The notes: a model not told the origin generated them from the letters alone. Positions 1 to 15,000 are shown, numbered from the stretch's first letter. The stretch is 64,000 nucleotides of DNA from Paramoeba atlantica (GCA_977017575.1 CDRNVI010000083.1:310001-374000), one strand, 5' to 3'. Made by a program: numbers and translations.

Positions 1-3000
1 CCTTTCTTTTGTTAAGACCCTTTCTTTTGTTAAGAACCTTTCTTTTGTTAAGACCCTTTCTTTTGTTAAGACCCTTTCTTTTGTTAAGACCCTTTCTTTT
101 GTTAAGACCCTTTCTTTTGTTAAGACCTTTTCTTTTGTTAAGACCCTTTCTTTTGTTAAGACCCTTTCTTTTGTTAAGCCCCTTTCTTTTGTTAAGACCC
201 TTTCTTTTGTTAAGCCCCTTTCTTTTGTTAAGCCCCTTTCTTTTGTTAAGCCCCTTTCTTTTGTAAAGCCCCTTTCTTTTGTTAAGACCCTTTCTTTTGT
301 TAAGACCCTTTCTTTTGTTAAGACCCTTTCTTTTGTTAAGCCCCTTTCTTTTGTTAAGACCCTTTCTTTTGTTAAGACCCTTTCTTTTGTTAAGACCCTT
401 TCTTTTGTTAAGACCCTTTCTTTTGTTAAGACCCTTTCTTTTGTTAAGACCCTTTCTTTTGTTAAAACCCTTTCTTTTGTTAAGCCCCTTTCTTTTGTTA
501 AGCCCCTTTCTTTTGTTAAGACCCTTTCTTTTGTTAAGACCCTTTCTTTTGTTAAGACCCTTTCTTTTGTTAAGACCCTTTCTTTTGTTAAGCCCCTTTC
601 TTTTGTTAAGACCCTTTCTTTTGTTAAGACCCTTTCTTTTGTTAAGACCCTTTCTTTTGTTAAGACCCTTTCTTTTGTTAAGACCCTTTCTTTTATTAAG
701 ACCCTTTCTTTTGTTAAGACCCTTTCTTTTGTTAAGCCCCTTTCTTTTGTTAAGCCCCTTTCTTTTGTTAAGACCCTTTCTTTTGTTAAGCCCCTTTCTT
801 TTGTTAAGCCCCTTTCTTTTGTTAAGACCCTTTCTTTTGTTAAGACCCTTTCTTTTGTTAAGACCCTTTCTTTTGTTAAGCCCCTTTCTTTTGTTAAGAC
901 CCTTTCTTTTGTTAAGACCCTTTCTTTTGTTAAGACCCTTTCTTTTGTTAAGACCCTTTCTTTTGTTAAGACCCTTTCTTTTGTTAAGCCCCTTTCTTTT
1001 GTTAAGACCCTTTCTTTTGTTAAGACCCTTTCTTTTGTTAAGACCCTTTCTTTTGTTAAGACCCTTTCTTTTGTTAAGACCCTTTCTTTTGTTAAGACCC
1101 TTTCTTTTGTTAAAACCCTTTCTTTTGTTAAGCCCCTTTCTTTTGTTAAGCCCCTTTCTTTTGTTAAGACCCTTTCTTTTGTTAAGCCCCTTTCTTTTGT
1201 TAAGACCCTTTCTTTTGTTAAGACCCTTTCTTTTGTTAAGACCCTTTCTTTTGTTAAGCCCCTTTCTTTTGTTAAGACCCTTTCTTTTGTTAAGACCCTT
1301 TCTTTTGTTAAGCCCCTTTCTTTTGTTAAGACCCTTTCTTTTGTTAAGCCCCTTTCTTTTGTTAAGACCCTTTCTTTTGTTAAAACCCTTTCTTTTGTTA
1401 AGCCCCTTTCTTTTGTTAAGACCCTTTCTTTTGTTAAGCCCCTTTCTTTTGTTAAGACCCTTTCTTTTGTTAAGACCCTTTCTTTTGTTAAGCCCCTTTC
1501 TTTTGTTAAGACCCTTTCTTTTGTTAAGACCCTTTCTTTTGTTAAGACCCTTTCTTTTGTTAAGCCCCTTTTTTTTGTTAAGACCCTTTCTTTTGTTAAG
1601 ACCCTTTCTTTTGTTAAGACCCTTTCTTTTGTTAAGACCCTTTCTTTTGTTAAGACCCTTTCTTTTGTTAAGACCCTTTCTTTTGCTAAGACCCTTCCTT
1701 TTGTTAAGACCCTTTCTTTTGTTAAGACCCTTTCTTTTGTTAAGACCCTTTCTTTTGTTAAGACCCTTTCTTTTGTTAAGACCCTTTCTTTTGCTAAGAC
1801 CCTTCCTTTTGTTAAGACCCTTTCTTTTGTTAAGACCCTTTCTTTTGTTAAGACCCTTTCTTTTGTTAAGACCCTTTCTTTTGTTAAGACCCTTTCTTTT
1901 GTTAAGACCCTTTCTTTTGTTAAGACCCTTTCTTTTGTTAAGACCCTTTCTTTTGTTAAGACCCTTTCTTTTGTTAAGACCCTTTCTTTTGTTAAGACCC
2001 TTTCTTTTGTTAAGACCCTTTCTTTTGTTAAGACCCTTTCTTTTGTTAAGACCCTTTCTTTTGTTAAGACCCTTTCTTTTATTAAGATCCTTTCTTTTGT
2101 TAAGACCCTTTCTTTTGTTAAGCCCCTTTCTTTTGTTAAGCCCCTTTCTTTTGTTAAGACCCTTTCTTTTGTTAAGCCCCTTTCTTTTGTTAAGACCCTT
2201 TCTTTTGTTAAGACCCTTTCTTTTGTTAAGACCTTTTCTTTTGTTAAGACCCTTTCTTTTGTTAAGCCCCTTTCTTTTGTTAAGACCCTTTCTTTTGTTA
2301 AGACCCTTTCTTTTGTTAAGACCCTTTCTTTTGTTAAGACCCTTTCTTTTGTTAAGACCCTTTCTTTTGTTAAAACCCTTTCTTTTGTTAAGCCCCTTTC
2401 TTTTGTTAAGACCCTTTCTTTTGTTAAAACCCTTTCTTTTGTTAAGACCCTTTCTTTTGTTAAGACCCTTTCTTTTGTTAAGCCCCTTTCTTTTGTTAAG
2501 ACCCTTTCTTTTGTTAAGACCCTTTCTTTTGTTAAGCCCCTTTCTTTTGTTAAGCCCCTTTCTTTTGTTAAGACCCTTTCTTTTGTTAAGACCCTTTCTT
2601 TTGTTAAGCCCCTTTCTTTTGTTAAGACCTTTTCTTTTGTTAAGCCCCTTTTTTTTGTTAAGACCCTTTCTTTTGTTAAGACCCTTTCTTTTGTTAAGAC
2701 CCTTTCTTTTGTTAAGACCCTTTCTTTTGTTAAGACCCTTTCTTTTGTTAAAACCCTTTCTTTTGTTAAGCCCCTTTCTTTTGTTAAGACCCTTTCTTTT
2801 GTTAAGACCCTTTCTTTTGTTAAGACCCTTTCTTTTGTTAAGCCCCTTTCTTTTGTTAAGACCCTTTCTTTTGTTAAGACCCTTTCTTTTGTTAAGACCC
2901 TTTCTTTTGTTAAGACCCTTTCTTTTGTTAAAACCCTTTCTTTTGTTAAGCCCCTTTCTTTTGTTAAGCCCCTTTCTTTTGTTAAGACCCTTTCTTTTGT

Positions 3001-6000
3001 TAAGACCCTTTCTTTTGTTAAGACCCTTTCTTTTGTTAAGACCCTTTCTTTTGTTAAGACCCTTTCTTTTGTTAAGACCCTTTCTTTTGTTAAGACCCTT
3101 TCTTTTGTTAAGACCCTTTCTTTTGTTAAGACCCTTTCTTTTGTTAAGCCCCTTTCTTTTGTTAAGACCCTTTCTTTTGTTAAGACCCTTTCTTTTGTTA
3201 AGACCCTTTCTTTTGTTAAGCCCCTTTTTTTTGTTAAGACCCTTTCTTTTGTTAAGACCCTTTCTTTTGTTAAGACCCTTTCTTTTGTTAAGACCCTTTC
3301 TTTTGTTAAGCCCCTTTCTTTTGTTAAGACCCTTTCTTTTGTTAAGACCCTTTCTTTTGTTAAGACCCTTTCTTTTGTTAAGACCCTTTCTTTTGTTAAG
3401 CCCCTTTTTTTTGTTAAGACCCTTTCTTTTGTTAAGACCCTTTCTTTTGTTAAGACCCTTTCTTTTGTTAAGACCCTTTCTTTTGTTAAGCCCCTTTCTT
3501 TTGTTAAGACCCTTTCTTTTGTTAAGACCCTTTCTTTTGCTAAGACCCTTCCTTTTGTTAAGACCCTTTCTTTTGTTAAGACCCTTTCTTTTGTTAAGAC
3601 CCTTTCTTTTGTTAAGACCCTTTCTTTTGTTAAGACCCTTTCTTTTGCTAAGACCCTTCCTTTTGTTAAGACCCTTTCTTTTGTTAAGACCCTTTCTTTT
3701 GTTAAGACCCTTTCTTTTGTTAAGACCCTTTCTTTTGTTAAGACCCTTTCTTTTGTTAAGACCCTTTCTTTTGTTAAGACCCTTTCTTTTGTTAAGACCC
3801 TTTCTTTTGTTAAGCCCCTTTCTTTTGTTAAGCCCCTTTCTTTTGTTAAGACCCTTTCTTTTGTTAAGACCCTTTCTTTTGTTAAGCCCCTTTTTTTTGT
3901 TAAGACCCTTTCTTTTGTTAAGACCCTTTCTTTTGTTAAGACCCTTTCTTTTGTTAAGACCCTTTCTTTTGTTAAGACCCTTTCTTTTGTTAAGACCCTT
4001 TCTTTTGTTAAGACCCTTTCTTTTGCTAAGACCCTTCCTTTTGTTAAGACCCTTTCTTTTGTTAAGACCCTTTCTTTTGTTAAGCCCCTTTCTTTTGTTA
4101 AGACCCTTTCTTTTGTTAAGACCCTTTCTTTTGTTAAGACCCTTTCTTTTGTTAAGCCCCTTTCTTTTGTTAAGACCCTTTCTTTTGTTAAGACCCTTTC
4201 TTTTGTTAAGCCCCTTTCTTTTGTTAAGACCCTTTCTTTTGTTAAGCCCCTTTCTTTTGTTAAGACCCTTTCTTTTGTTAAAACCCTTTCTTTTGTTAAG
4301 CCCCTTTCTTTTGTTAAGACCCTTTCTTTTGTTAAGACCCTTTCTTTTGTTAAGACCCTTTCTTTTGTTAAGCCCCTTTCTTTTGTTAAGACCCTTTCTT
4401 TTGTTAAGACCCTTTCTTTTGTTAAGCCCCTTTCTTTTGTTAAGACCCTTTCTTTTGTTAAGCCCCTTTCTTTTGTTAAGACCCTTTCTTTTGTTAAGAC
4501 CCTTTCTTTTGTTAAGACCCTTTCTTTTGTTAAGACCCTTTCTTTTGTTAAGACCCTTTCTTTTGTTAAGACCCTTTCTTTTGTTAAGACCCTTTCTTTT
4601 GTTAAGACCCTTTCTTTTGTTAAGACCCTTTCTTTTGTTAAGACCCTTTCTTTTGTTAAGACCCTTTCTTTTGTTAAGACCCTTTCTTTTGTTAAGACCC
4701 TTTCTTTTATTAAGATCCTTTCTTTTGTTAAGACCCTTTCTTTTGTTAAGCCCCTTTCTTTTGTTAAGCCCCTTTCTTTTGTTAAGACCCTTTCTTTTGT
4801 TAAGCCCCTTTCTTTTGTTAAGACCCTTTCTTTTGTTAAGACCCTTTCTTTTGTTAAGACCTTTTCTTTTGTTAAGACCCTTTCTTTTGTTAAGCCCCTT
4901 TCTTTTGTTAAGACCCTTTCTTTTGTTAAGACCCTTTCTTTTGTTAAGACCCTTTCTTTTGTTAAGACCCTTTCTTTTGTTAAGACCCTTTCTTTTGTTA
5001 AAACCCTTTCTTTTGTTAAGCCCCTTTCTTTTGTTAAGACCCTTTCTTTTGTTAAAACCCTTTCTTTTGTTAAGACCCTTTCTTTTGTTAAGACCCTTTC
5101 TTTTGTTAAGCCCCTTTCTTTTGTTAAGACCCTTTCTTTTGTTAAGACCCTTTCTTTTGTTAAGCCCCTTTCTTTTGTTAAGCCCCTTTCTTTTGTTAAG
5201 ACCCTTTCTTTTGTTAAGACCCTTTCTTTTGTTAAGCCCCTTTCTTTTGTTAAGACCTTTTCTTTTGTTAAGCCCCTTTTTTTTGTTAAGACCCTTTCTT
5301 TTGTTAAGACCCTTTCTTTTGTTAAGACCCTTTCTTTTGTTAAGACCCTTTCTTTTGTTAAGACCCTTTCTTTTGTTAAAACCCTTTCTTTTGTTAAGCC
5401 CCTTTCTTTTGTTAAGACCCTTTCTTTTGTTAAGACCCTTTCTTTTGTTAAGACCCTTTCTTTTGTTAAGCCCCTTTCTTTTGTTAAGACCCTTTCTTTT
5501 GTTAAGACCCTTTCTTTTGTTAAGACCCTTTCTTTTGTTAAGACCCTTTCTTTTGTTAAAACCCTTTCTTTTGTTAAGCCCCTTTCTTTTGTTAAGCCCC
5601 TTTCTTTTGTTAAGACCCTTTCTTTTGTTAAGACCCTTTCTTTTGTTAAGACCCTTTCTTTTGTTAAGACCCTTTCTTTTGTTAAGACCCTTTCTTTTGT
5701 TAAGACCCTTTCTTTTGTTAAGACCCTTTCTTTTGTTAAGACCCTTTCTTTTGTTAAGCCCCTTTCTTTTGTTAAGACCCTTTCTTTTGTTAAGACCCTT
5801 TCTTTTGTTAAGACCCTTTCTTTTGTTAAGCCCCTTTTTTTTGTTAAGACCCTTTCTTTTGTTAAGACCCTTTCTTTTGTTAAGACCCTTTCTTTTGTTA
5901 AGACCCTTTCTTTTGTTAAGCCCCTTTCTTTTGTTAAGACCCTTTCTTTTGTTAAGACCCTTTCTTTTGTTAAGACCCTTTCTTTTGTTAAGACCCTTTC

Positions 6001-9000
6001 TTTTGTTAAGCCCCTTTTTTTTGTTAAGACCCTTTCTTTTGTTAAGACCCTTTCTTTTGTTAAGACCCTTTCTTTTGTTAAGACCCTTTCTTTTGTTAAG
6101 CCCCTTTCTTTTGTTAAGACCCTTTCTTTTGTTAAGACCCTTTCTTTTGCTAAGACCCTTCCTTTTGTTAAGACCCTTTCTTTTGTTAAGACCATTTCTT
6201 TTGTTAAGACCCTTTCTTTTGTTAAGACCCTTTCTTTTGTTAAGACCCTTTCTTTTGCTAAGACCCTTCCTTTTGTTAAGACCCTTTCTTTTGTTAAGAC
6301 CCTTTCTTTTGTTAAGACCCTTTCTTTTGTTAAGACCCTTTCTTTTGTTAAGACCCTTTCTTTTGTTAAGACCCTTTCTTTTGTTAAGACCCTTTCTTTT
6401 GTTAAGACCCTTTCTTTTGTTAAGCCCCTTTCTTTTGTTAAGCCCCTTTCTTTTGTTAAGACCCTTTCTTTTGTTAAGACCCTTTCTTTTGTTAAGCCCC
6501 TTTTTTTTGTTAAGACCCTTTCTTTTGTTAAGACCCTTTCTTTTGTTAAGACCCTTTCTTTTGTTAAGACCCTTTCTTTTGTTAAGACCCTTTCTTTTGT
6601 TAAGACCCTTTCTTTTGTTAAGACCCTTTCTTTTGCTAAGACCCTTCCTTTTGTTAAGACCCTTTCTTTTGTTAAGACCCTTTCTTTTGTTAAGACCCTT
6701 TCTTTTGTTAAGACCCTTTCTTTTGCTAAGACCCTTCCTTTTGTTAAGACCCTTTCTTTTGTTAAGACCCTTTCTTTTGTTAAGACCCTTTCTTTTGTTA
6801 AGACCCTTTCTTTTGTTAAGACCCTTTCTTTTGTTAAGACCCTTTCTTTTGTTAAGACCCTTTCTTTTGTTAAGACCCTTTCTTTTGTTAAGACCCTTTC
6901 TTTTGTTAAGCCCCTTTCTTTTGTTAAGACCCTTTCTTTTGTTAAGACCCTTTCTTTTGTTAAGACCCTTTCTTTTGTTAAGCCCCTTTTTTTTGTTAAG
7001 ACCCTTTCTTTTGTTAAGACCCTTTCTTTTGTTAAGACCCTTTCTTTTGTTAAGACCCTTTCTTTTGTTAAGACCCTTTCTTTTGTTAAGACCCTTTCTT
7101 TTGTTAAGACCCTTTCTTTTGCTAAGACCCTTCCTTTTGTTAAGACCCTTTCTTTTGTTAAGACCCTTTCTTTTGTTAAGACCCTTTCTTTTGTTAAGAC
7201 CCTTTCTTTTGTTAAGACCCTTTCTTTTGCTAAGACCCTTCCTTTTGTTAAGACCCTTTCTTTTGTTAAGACCCTTTCTTTTGTTAAGACCCTTTCTTTT
7301 GTTAAGACCCTTTCTTTTGTTAAGACCCTTTCTTTTGTTAAGACCCTTTCTTTTGTTAAGACCCTTTCTTTTGTTAAAACCCTTTCTTTTGTTAAGCCCC
7401 TTTCTTTTGTTAAGCCCCTTTCTTTTGTTAAGACCCTTTCTTTTGTTAAGACCCTTTCTTTTGTTAAGACCCTTTCTTTTGTTAAGACCCTTTCTTTTGT
7501 TAAGACCCTTTCTTTTGTTAAGACCCTTTCTTTTGTTAAGACCCTTTCTTTTGTTAAGCCCCTTTCTTTTGTTAAGACCCTTTCTTTTGTTAAGACCCTT
7601 TCTTTTGTTAAGACCCTTTCTTTTGTTAAGCCCCTTTTTTTTGTTAAGACCCTTTCTTTTGTTAAGACCCTTTCTTTTGTTAAGCCCCTTTCTTTTGTTA
7701 AGACCCTTTCTTTTGTTAAGACCCTTTCTTTTGTTAAGACCCTTTCTTTTGTTAAGACCCTTTCTTTTGTTAAGCCCCTTTTTTTTGTTAAGACCCTTTC
7801 TTTTGTTAAGACCCTTTCTTTTGTTAAGACCCTTTCTTTTGTTAAGACCCTTTCTTTTGTTAAGACCCTTTCTTTTGTTAAGACCCTTTCTTTTGTTAAG
7901 ACCCTTTCTTTTGCTAAGACCCTTCCTTTTGTTAAGACCCTTTCTTTTGTTAAGACCCTTTCTTTTGTTAAGACCCTTTCTTTTGTTAAGACCCTTTCTT
8001 TTGTTAAGACCCTTTCTTTTGCTAAGACCCTTCCTTTTGTTAAGACCCTTTCTTTTGTTAAGACCCTTTCTTTTGTTAAGACCCTTTCTTTTGTTAAGAC
8101 CCTTTCTTTTGTTAAGACCCTTTCTTTTGTTAAGACCCTTTCTTTTGTTAAGACCCTTTCTTTTGTTAAGACCCTTTCTTTTGTTAAGCCCCTTTCTTTT
8201 GTTAAGCCCCTTTCTTTTGTTAAGACCCTTTCTTTGGTTAAGACCCTTTCTTTTGTTAAGCCCCTTTTTTTTTGTTAAGACCCTTTCTTTTGTTAAGACC
8301 CTTTCTTTTGTTAAGACCCTTTCTTTTGTTAAGACCCTTTCTTTTGTTAAGACCCTTTCTTTTGTTAAGACCCTTTCTTTTGTTAAGACCCTTTCTTTTG
8401 CTAAGACCCTTCCTTTTGTTAAGACCCTTTCTTTTGTTAAGACCCTTTCTTTTGTTAAGACCCTTTCTTTTGTTAAGACCCTTTCTTTTGTTAAGACCCT
8501 TTCTTTTGCTAAGACCCTTCCTTTTGTTAAGACCCTTTCTTTTGTTAAGACCCTTTCTTTTGTTAAGACCCTTTCTTTTGTTAAGACCCTTTCTTTTGTT
8601 AAGACCCTTTCTTTTGTTAAGACCCTTTCTTTTGTTAAGACCCTTTCTTTTGTTAAGACCCTTTCTTTTGTTAAGACCCTTTCTTTTGTTAAGACCCCTT
8701 CTATTGTTAAGACCCTTTCTTTTGTTAAGACCCTTTCTTTTGTTAAGACCCTTTCTTTTGTTAACACCCTTTCTTTTGTTAAGACCCTTTCTTTTGTTAA
8801 GCCCCTTTCTTTTGTTAAGACCCTTTCTTTTGTTAAGACCCTTTCTTTTGTTAAGACCCTTTCTTTTGTTAAGCCCCTTTTTTTTGTTAAGACCCTTTCT
8901 TTTGTTAAGACCCTTTCTTTTGTTAAGACCCTTTCTTTTGTTAAGACCCTTTCTTTTGTTAAGACCCTTTCTTTTGTTAAGACCCTTTCTTTTGTTAAGA

Positions 9001-12000
9001 CCCTTTCTTTTGCTAAGACCCTTCCTTTTGTTAAGACCCTTTCTTTTGTTAAGACCCTTTCTTTTGTTAAGACCCTTTCTTTTGTTAAGACCCTTTCTTT
9101 TGTTAAGACCCTTTCTTTTGCTAAGACCCTTCCTTTTGTTAAGACCCTTTCTTTTGTTAAGACCCTTTCTTTTGTTAAGACCCTTTCTTTTGTTAAGACC
9201 CTTTCTTTTGTTAAGACCCTTTCTTTTGTTAAGACCCTTTCTTTTGTTAAGACCCTTTCTTTTGTTAAGACCCTTTCTTTTGTTAAGACCCTTTCTTTTG
9301 TTAAGACCCTTTCTTTTGTTAAGACCCTTTCTTTTGTTAAGACCCTTTCTTTTGTTAAGACCCTTTCTTTTGTTAAGCCCCTTTCTTTTGTTAAGACCCT
9401 TTCTTTTGTTAAGACCCTTTCTTTTGTTAAGACCCTTTCTTTTGTTAAGACCCTTTCTTTTGTTAAGACCCTTTCTTTTGTTAAGACCCTTTCTTTTGCT
9501 AAGACCCTTCCTTTTGTTAAGACCCTTTCTTTTGTTAAGACCCTTTCTTTTGTTAAGACCCTTTCTTTTGTTAAGACCCTTTCTTTTGTTAAGACCCTTT
9601 CTTTTGTTAAGACCCTTTCTTTTGTTAAGCCCCTTTCTTTTGTTAAGCCCCTTTCTTTTGTTAAGACCCTTTCTTTGGTTAAGACCCTTTCTTTTGTTAA
9701 GCCCCTTTTTTTTGTTAAGACCCTTTCTTTTGTTAAGACCCTTTCTTTTGTTAAGACCCTTTCTTTTGTTAAGACCCTTTCTTTTGTTAAGACCCTTTCT
9801 TTTGTTAAGACCCTTTCTTTTGTTAAGACCCTTTCTTTTGCTAAGACCCTTCCTTTTGTTAAGACCCTTTCTTTTGTTAAGACCCTTCCTTTTGTTAAGA
9901 CCCTTTCTTTTGTTAAGACCCTTTCTTTTGTTAAGACCCTTTCTTTTGTTAAGACCCTTTCTTTTGTTAAGACCCTTTCTTTTGCTAAGACCCTTCCTTT
10001 TGTTAAGACCCTTTCTTTTGTTAAGACCCTTTCTTTTGTTAAGACCCTTTCTTTTGTTAAGACCCTTTCTTTTGTTAAGACCCTTTCTTTTGTTAAGACC
10101 CTTTCTTTTGTTAAGACCCTTTCTTTTGTTAAGACCCTTTCTTTTGTTAAGACCCTTTCTTTTGTTAAGACCCCTTCTATTGTTAAGACCCTTTCTTTTG
10201 TTAAGACCCTTTCTTTTGTTAAGACCCTTTCTTTTGTTAAGCCCCTTTCTTTTGTTAAGACCCTTTCTTTTGTTAAGACCCTTTCTTTTGTTAAGACCCT
10301 TTCTTTTGTTAAGCCCCTTTTTTTTGTTAAGACCCTTTCTTTTGTTAAGCCCCTTTCTTTTGTTAAGACCCTTTCTTTTGTTAAGACCCTTTCTTTTGTT
10401 AAGACCCTTTCTTTTGTTAAGACCCTTTCTTTTGTTAAGACCCTTTCTTTTGTTAAGACCCTTTCTTTTGCTAAGACCCTTCCTTTTGTTAAGACCCTTT
10501 CTTTTGTTAAGACCCTTTCTTTTGTTAAGACCCTTTCTTTTGTTAAGACCCTTTCTTTTGTTAAGACCCTTTCTTTTGCTAAGACCCTTCCTTTTGTTAA
10601 GACCCTTTCTTTTGTTAAGACCCTTTCTTTTGTTAAGACCCTTTCTTTTGTTAAGACCCTTTCTTTTGTTAAGACCCTTTCTTTTGTTAAGACCCTTTCT
10701 TTTGTTAAGACCCTTTCTTTTGTTAAGACCCTTTCTTTTGTTAAGACCCTTTCTTTTGTTAAGACCCTTTCTTTTGTTAAGACCCTTTTTTTTGTTAAGA
10801 CCCTTTCTTTTGTTAAGACCCTTTCTTTTGTTAAGACCCTTTCTTTTGTTAAGACCCTTTCTTTTGTTAAGACCCTTTCTTTTGTTAAGACCCTTTCTTT
10901 TGTTAAGACCCTTTCTTTTGCTAAGACCCTTCCTTTTGTTAAGACCCTTTCTTTTGTTAAGACCCTTTCTTTTGTTAAGACCCTTTCTTTTGTTAAGACC
11001 CTTTCTTTTGTTAAGACCCTTTCTTTTGCTAAGACCCTTCCTTTTGTTAAGACCCTTTCTTTTGTTAAGACCCTTTCTTTTGTTAAGACCCTTTCTTTTG
11101 TTAAGACCCTTTCTTTTGTTAAGACCCTTTCTTTTGTTAAGACCCTTTCTTTTGTTAAGACCCTTTCTTTTGTTAAGACCCTTTCTTTTGTTAAGACCCT
11201 TTCTTTTGTTAAGACCCTTTCTTTTGTTAAGACCCCTTCTATTGTTAAGACCCTTTCTTTTGTTAAGACCCTTTCTTTTGTTAAGACCCTTTCTTTTGTT
11301 AACACCCTTTCTTTTGTTAAGACCCTTTCTTTTGTTAAGCCCCTTTCTTTTGTTAAGACCCTTTCTTTTGTTAAGACCCTTTCTTTTGTTAAGACCCTTT
11401 CTTTTGTTAAGCCCCTTTTTTTTGTTAAGACCCTTTCTTTTGTTAAGACCCTTTCTTTTGTTAAGACCCTTTCTTTTGTTAAGACCCTTTCTTTTGTTAA
11501 GACCCTTTCTTTTGTTAAGACCCTTTCTTTTGTTAAGACCCTTTCTTTTGCTAAGACCCTTCCTTTTGTTAAGACCCTTTCTTTTGTTAAGACCCTTTCT
11601 TTTGTTAAGACCCTTTCTTTTGTTAAGACCCTTTCTTTTGTTAAGACCCTTTCTTTTGCTAAGACCCTTCCTTTTGTTAAGACCCTTTCTTTTGTTAAGA
11701 CCCTTTCTTTTGTTAAGACCCTTTCTTTTGTTAAGACCCTTTCTTTTGTTAAGACCCTTTCTTTTGTTAAGACCCTTTCTTTTGTTAAGACCCTTTCTTT
11801 TGTTAAGACCCTTTCTTTTGTTAAGACCCTTTCTTTTGTTAAGACCCTTTCTTTTGTTAAGACCCTTTCTTTTGTTAAGACCCTTTCTTTTGTTAAGACC
11901 CTTTCTTTTGTTAAGCCCCTTTCTTTTGTTAAGACCCTTTCTTTTGTTAAGACCCTTTCTTTTGTTAAGACCCTTTCTTTTGTTAAGACCCTTTCTTTTG

Positions 12001-15000
12001 TTAAGACCCTTTCTTTTGTTAAGACCCTTTCTTTTGCTAAGACCCTTCCTTTTGTTAAGACCCTTTCTTTTGTTAAGACCCTTTCTTTTGTTAAGACCCT
12101 TTCTTTTGTTAAGACCCTTTCTTTTGTTAAGACCCTTTCTTTTGTTAAGACCCTTTCTTTTGTTAAGCCCCTTTCTTTTGTTAAGCCCCTTTCTTTTGTT
12201 AAGACCCTTTCTTTGGTTAAGACCCTTTCTTTTGTTAAGCCCCTTTTTTTTGTTAAGACCCTTTCTTTTGTTAAGACCCTTTCTTTTGTTAAGACCCTTT
12301 CTTTTGTTAAGACCCTTTCTTTTGTTAAGACCCTTTCTTTTGTTAAGACCCTTTCTTTTGTTAAGACCCTTTCTTTTGCTAAGACCCTTCCTTTTGTTAA
12401 GACCCTTTCTTTTGTTAAGACCCTTCCTTTTGTTAAGACCCTTTCTTTTGTTAAGACCCTTTCTTTTGTTAAGACCCTTTCTTTTGTTAAGACCCTTTCT
12501 TTTGTTAAGACCCTTTCTTTTGCTAAGACCCTTCCTTTTGTTAAGACCCTTTCTTTTGTTAAGACCCTTTCTTTTGTTAAGACCCTTTCTTTTGTTAAGA
12601 CCCTTTCTTTTGTTAAGACCCTTTCTTTTGTTAAGACCCTTTCTTTTGTTAAGACCCTTTCTTTTGTTAAGACCCTTTCTTTTGTTAAGACCCTTTCTTT
12701 TGTTAAGACCCCTTCTATTGTTAAGACCCTTTCTTTTGTTAAGACCCTTTCTTTTGTTAAGACCCTTTCTTTTGTTAAGCCCCTTTCTTTTGTTAAGACC
12801 CTTTCTTTTGTTAAGACCCTTTCTTTTGTTAAGACCCTTTCTTTTGTTAAGCCCCTTTTTTTTGTTAAGACCCTTTCTTTTGTTAAGCCCCTTTCTTTTG
12901 TTAAGACCCTTTCTTTTGTTAAGACCCTTTCTTTTGTTAAGACCCTTTCTTTTGTTAAGACCCTTTCTTTTGTTAAGACCCTTTCTTTTGTTAAGACCCT
13001 TTCTTTTGTTAAGACCCTTTCTTTTGCTAAGACCCTTCCTTTTGTTAAGACCCTTTCTTTTGTTAAGACCCTTTCTTTTGTTAAGACCCTTTCTTTTGTT
13101 AAGACCCTTTCTTTTGTTAAGACCCTTTCTTTTGCTAAGACCCTTCCTTTTGTTAAGACCCTTTCTTTTGTTAAGACCCTTTCTTTTGTTAAGACCCTTT
13201 CTTTTGTTAAGACCCTTTCTTTTGTTAAGACCCTTTCTTTTGTTAAGACCCTTTCTTTTGTTAAGACCCTTTCTTTTGTTAAGACCCTTTCTTTTGTTAA
13301 GACCCTTTCTTTTGTTAAGACCCTTTCTTTTGTTAAGACCCTTTCTTTTGTTAAGACCCTTTCTTTTGTTAAGACCCTTTCTTTTGTTAAGCCCCTTTCT
13401 TTTGTTAAGACCCTTTCTTTTGTTAAGACCCTTTCTTTTGTTAAGACCCTTTCTTTTGTTAAGACCCTTTCTTTTGCTAAGACCCTTCCTTTTGTTAAGA
13501 CCCTTTCTTTTGTTAAGACCCTTTCTTTTGTTAAGACCCTTTCTTTTGTTAAGACCCTTTCTTTTGTTAAGACCCTTTCTTTTGTTAAGACCCTTTCTTT
13601 TGTTAAAACCCTTTCTTTTGTTAAGCCCCTTTCTTTTGTTAAGCCCCTTTCTTTTGTTAAGACCCTTTCTTTTGTTAAGACCCTTTCTTTTGTTAAGACC
13701 CTTTCTTTTGTTAAGACCCTTTCTTTTGTTAAGACCCTTTCTTTTGTTAAGACCCTTTCTTTTGTTAAGACCCTTTCTTTTGTTAAGCCCCTTTCTTTTG
13801 TTAAGACCCTTTCTTTTGTTAAGACCCTTTCTTTTGTTAAGACCCTTTCTTTTGTTAAGCCCCTTTTTTTTGTTAAGACCCTTTCTTTTGTTAAGACCCT
13901 TTCTTTTGTTAAGACCCTTTCTTTTGTTAAGACCCTTTCTTTTGTTAAGCCCCTTTCTTTTGTTAAGACCCTTTCTTTTGTTAAGACCCTTTCTTTTGTT
14001 AAGACCCTTTCTTTTGTTGAGACCCTTTCTTTTGTTAAGCCCCTTTTTTTTGTTAAGACCCTTTCTTTTGTTAAGACCCTTTCTTTTGTTAAGACCCTTT
14101 CTTTTGTTAAGACCCTTTCTTTTGTTAAGACCCTTTCTTTTGTTAAGACCCTTTCTTTTGTTAAGACCCTTTCTTTTGCTAAGACCCTTTCTTTTGTTAA
14201 GACCCTTTCTTTTGTTAAGACCCTTTCTTTTGTTAAGACCCTTTCTTTTGTTAAGACCCTTTCTTTTGCTAAGACCCTTCCTTTTGTTAAGACCCTTTCT
14301 TTTGTTAAGACCCTTTCTTTTGTTAAGACCCTTTCTTTTGTTAAGACCCTTTCTTTTGTTAAGACCCTTTCTTTTGTTAAGACCCTTTCTTTTGTTAAGA
14401 CCCTTTCTTTTGTTAAGACCCTTTCTTTTGTTAAGCCCCTTTCTTTTGTTAAGCCCCTTTCTTTTGTTAAGACCCTTTCTTTTGTTAAGCCCCTTTCTTT
14501 TGTTAAGACCCTTTCTTTGGTTAAGACCCTTTCTTTTGTTAAGCCCCTTTTTTTTGTTAAGACCCTTTCTTTTGTTAAGACCCTTTCTTTTGTTAAGACC
14601 CTTTCTTTTGTTAAGACCCTTTCTTTTGTTAAGACCCTTTCTTTTGTTAAGACCCTTTCTTTTGTTAAGACCCTTTCTTTTGTTAAGACCCTTTCTTTTG
14701 CTAAGACCCTTCCTTTTGTTAAGACCCTTTCTTTTGTTAAGACCCTTTCTTTTGTTAAGACCCTTTCTTTTGTTAAGACCCTTTCTTTTGTTAAGACCCT
14801 TTCTTTTGCTAAGACCCTTCCTTTTGTTAAGACCCTTTCTTTTGTTAAGACCCTTTCTTTTGTTAAGACCCTTTCTTTTGTTAAGACCCTTTCTTTTGTT
14901 AAGACCCTTTCTTTTGTTAAGACCCTTTCTTTTGTTAAGACCCTTTCTTTTGTTAAGACCCTTTCTTTTGTTAAGACCCTTTCTTTTGTTAAGACCCCTT

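Noticed and set aside
8265-8273. Single-base register shift in S1 as a biological boundary
   Set aside because: It is one extra T in a homopolymer, a typical long-read or slippage error.
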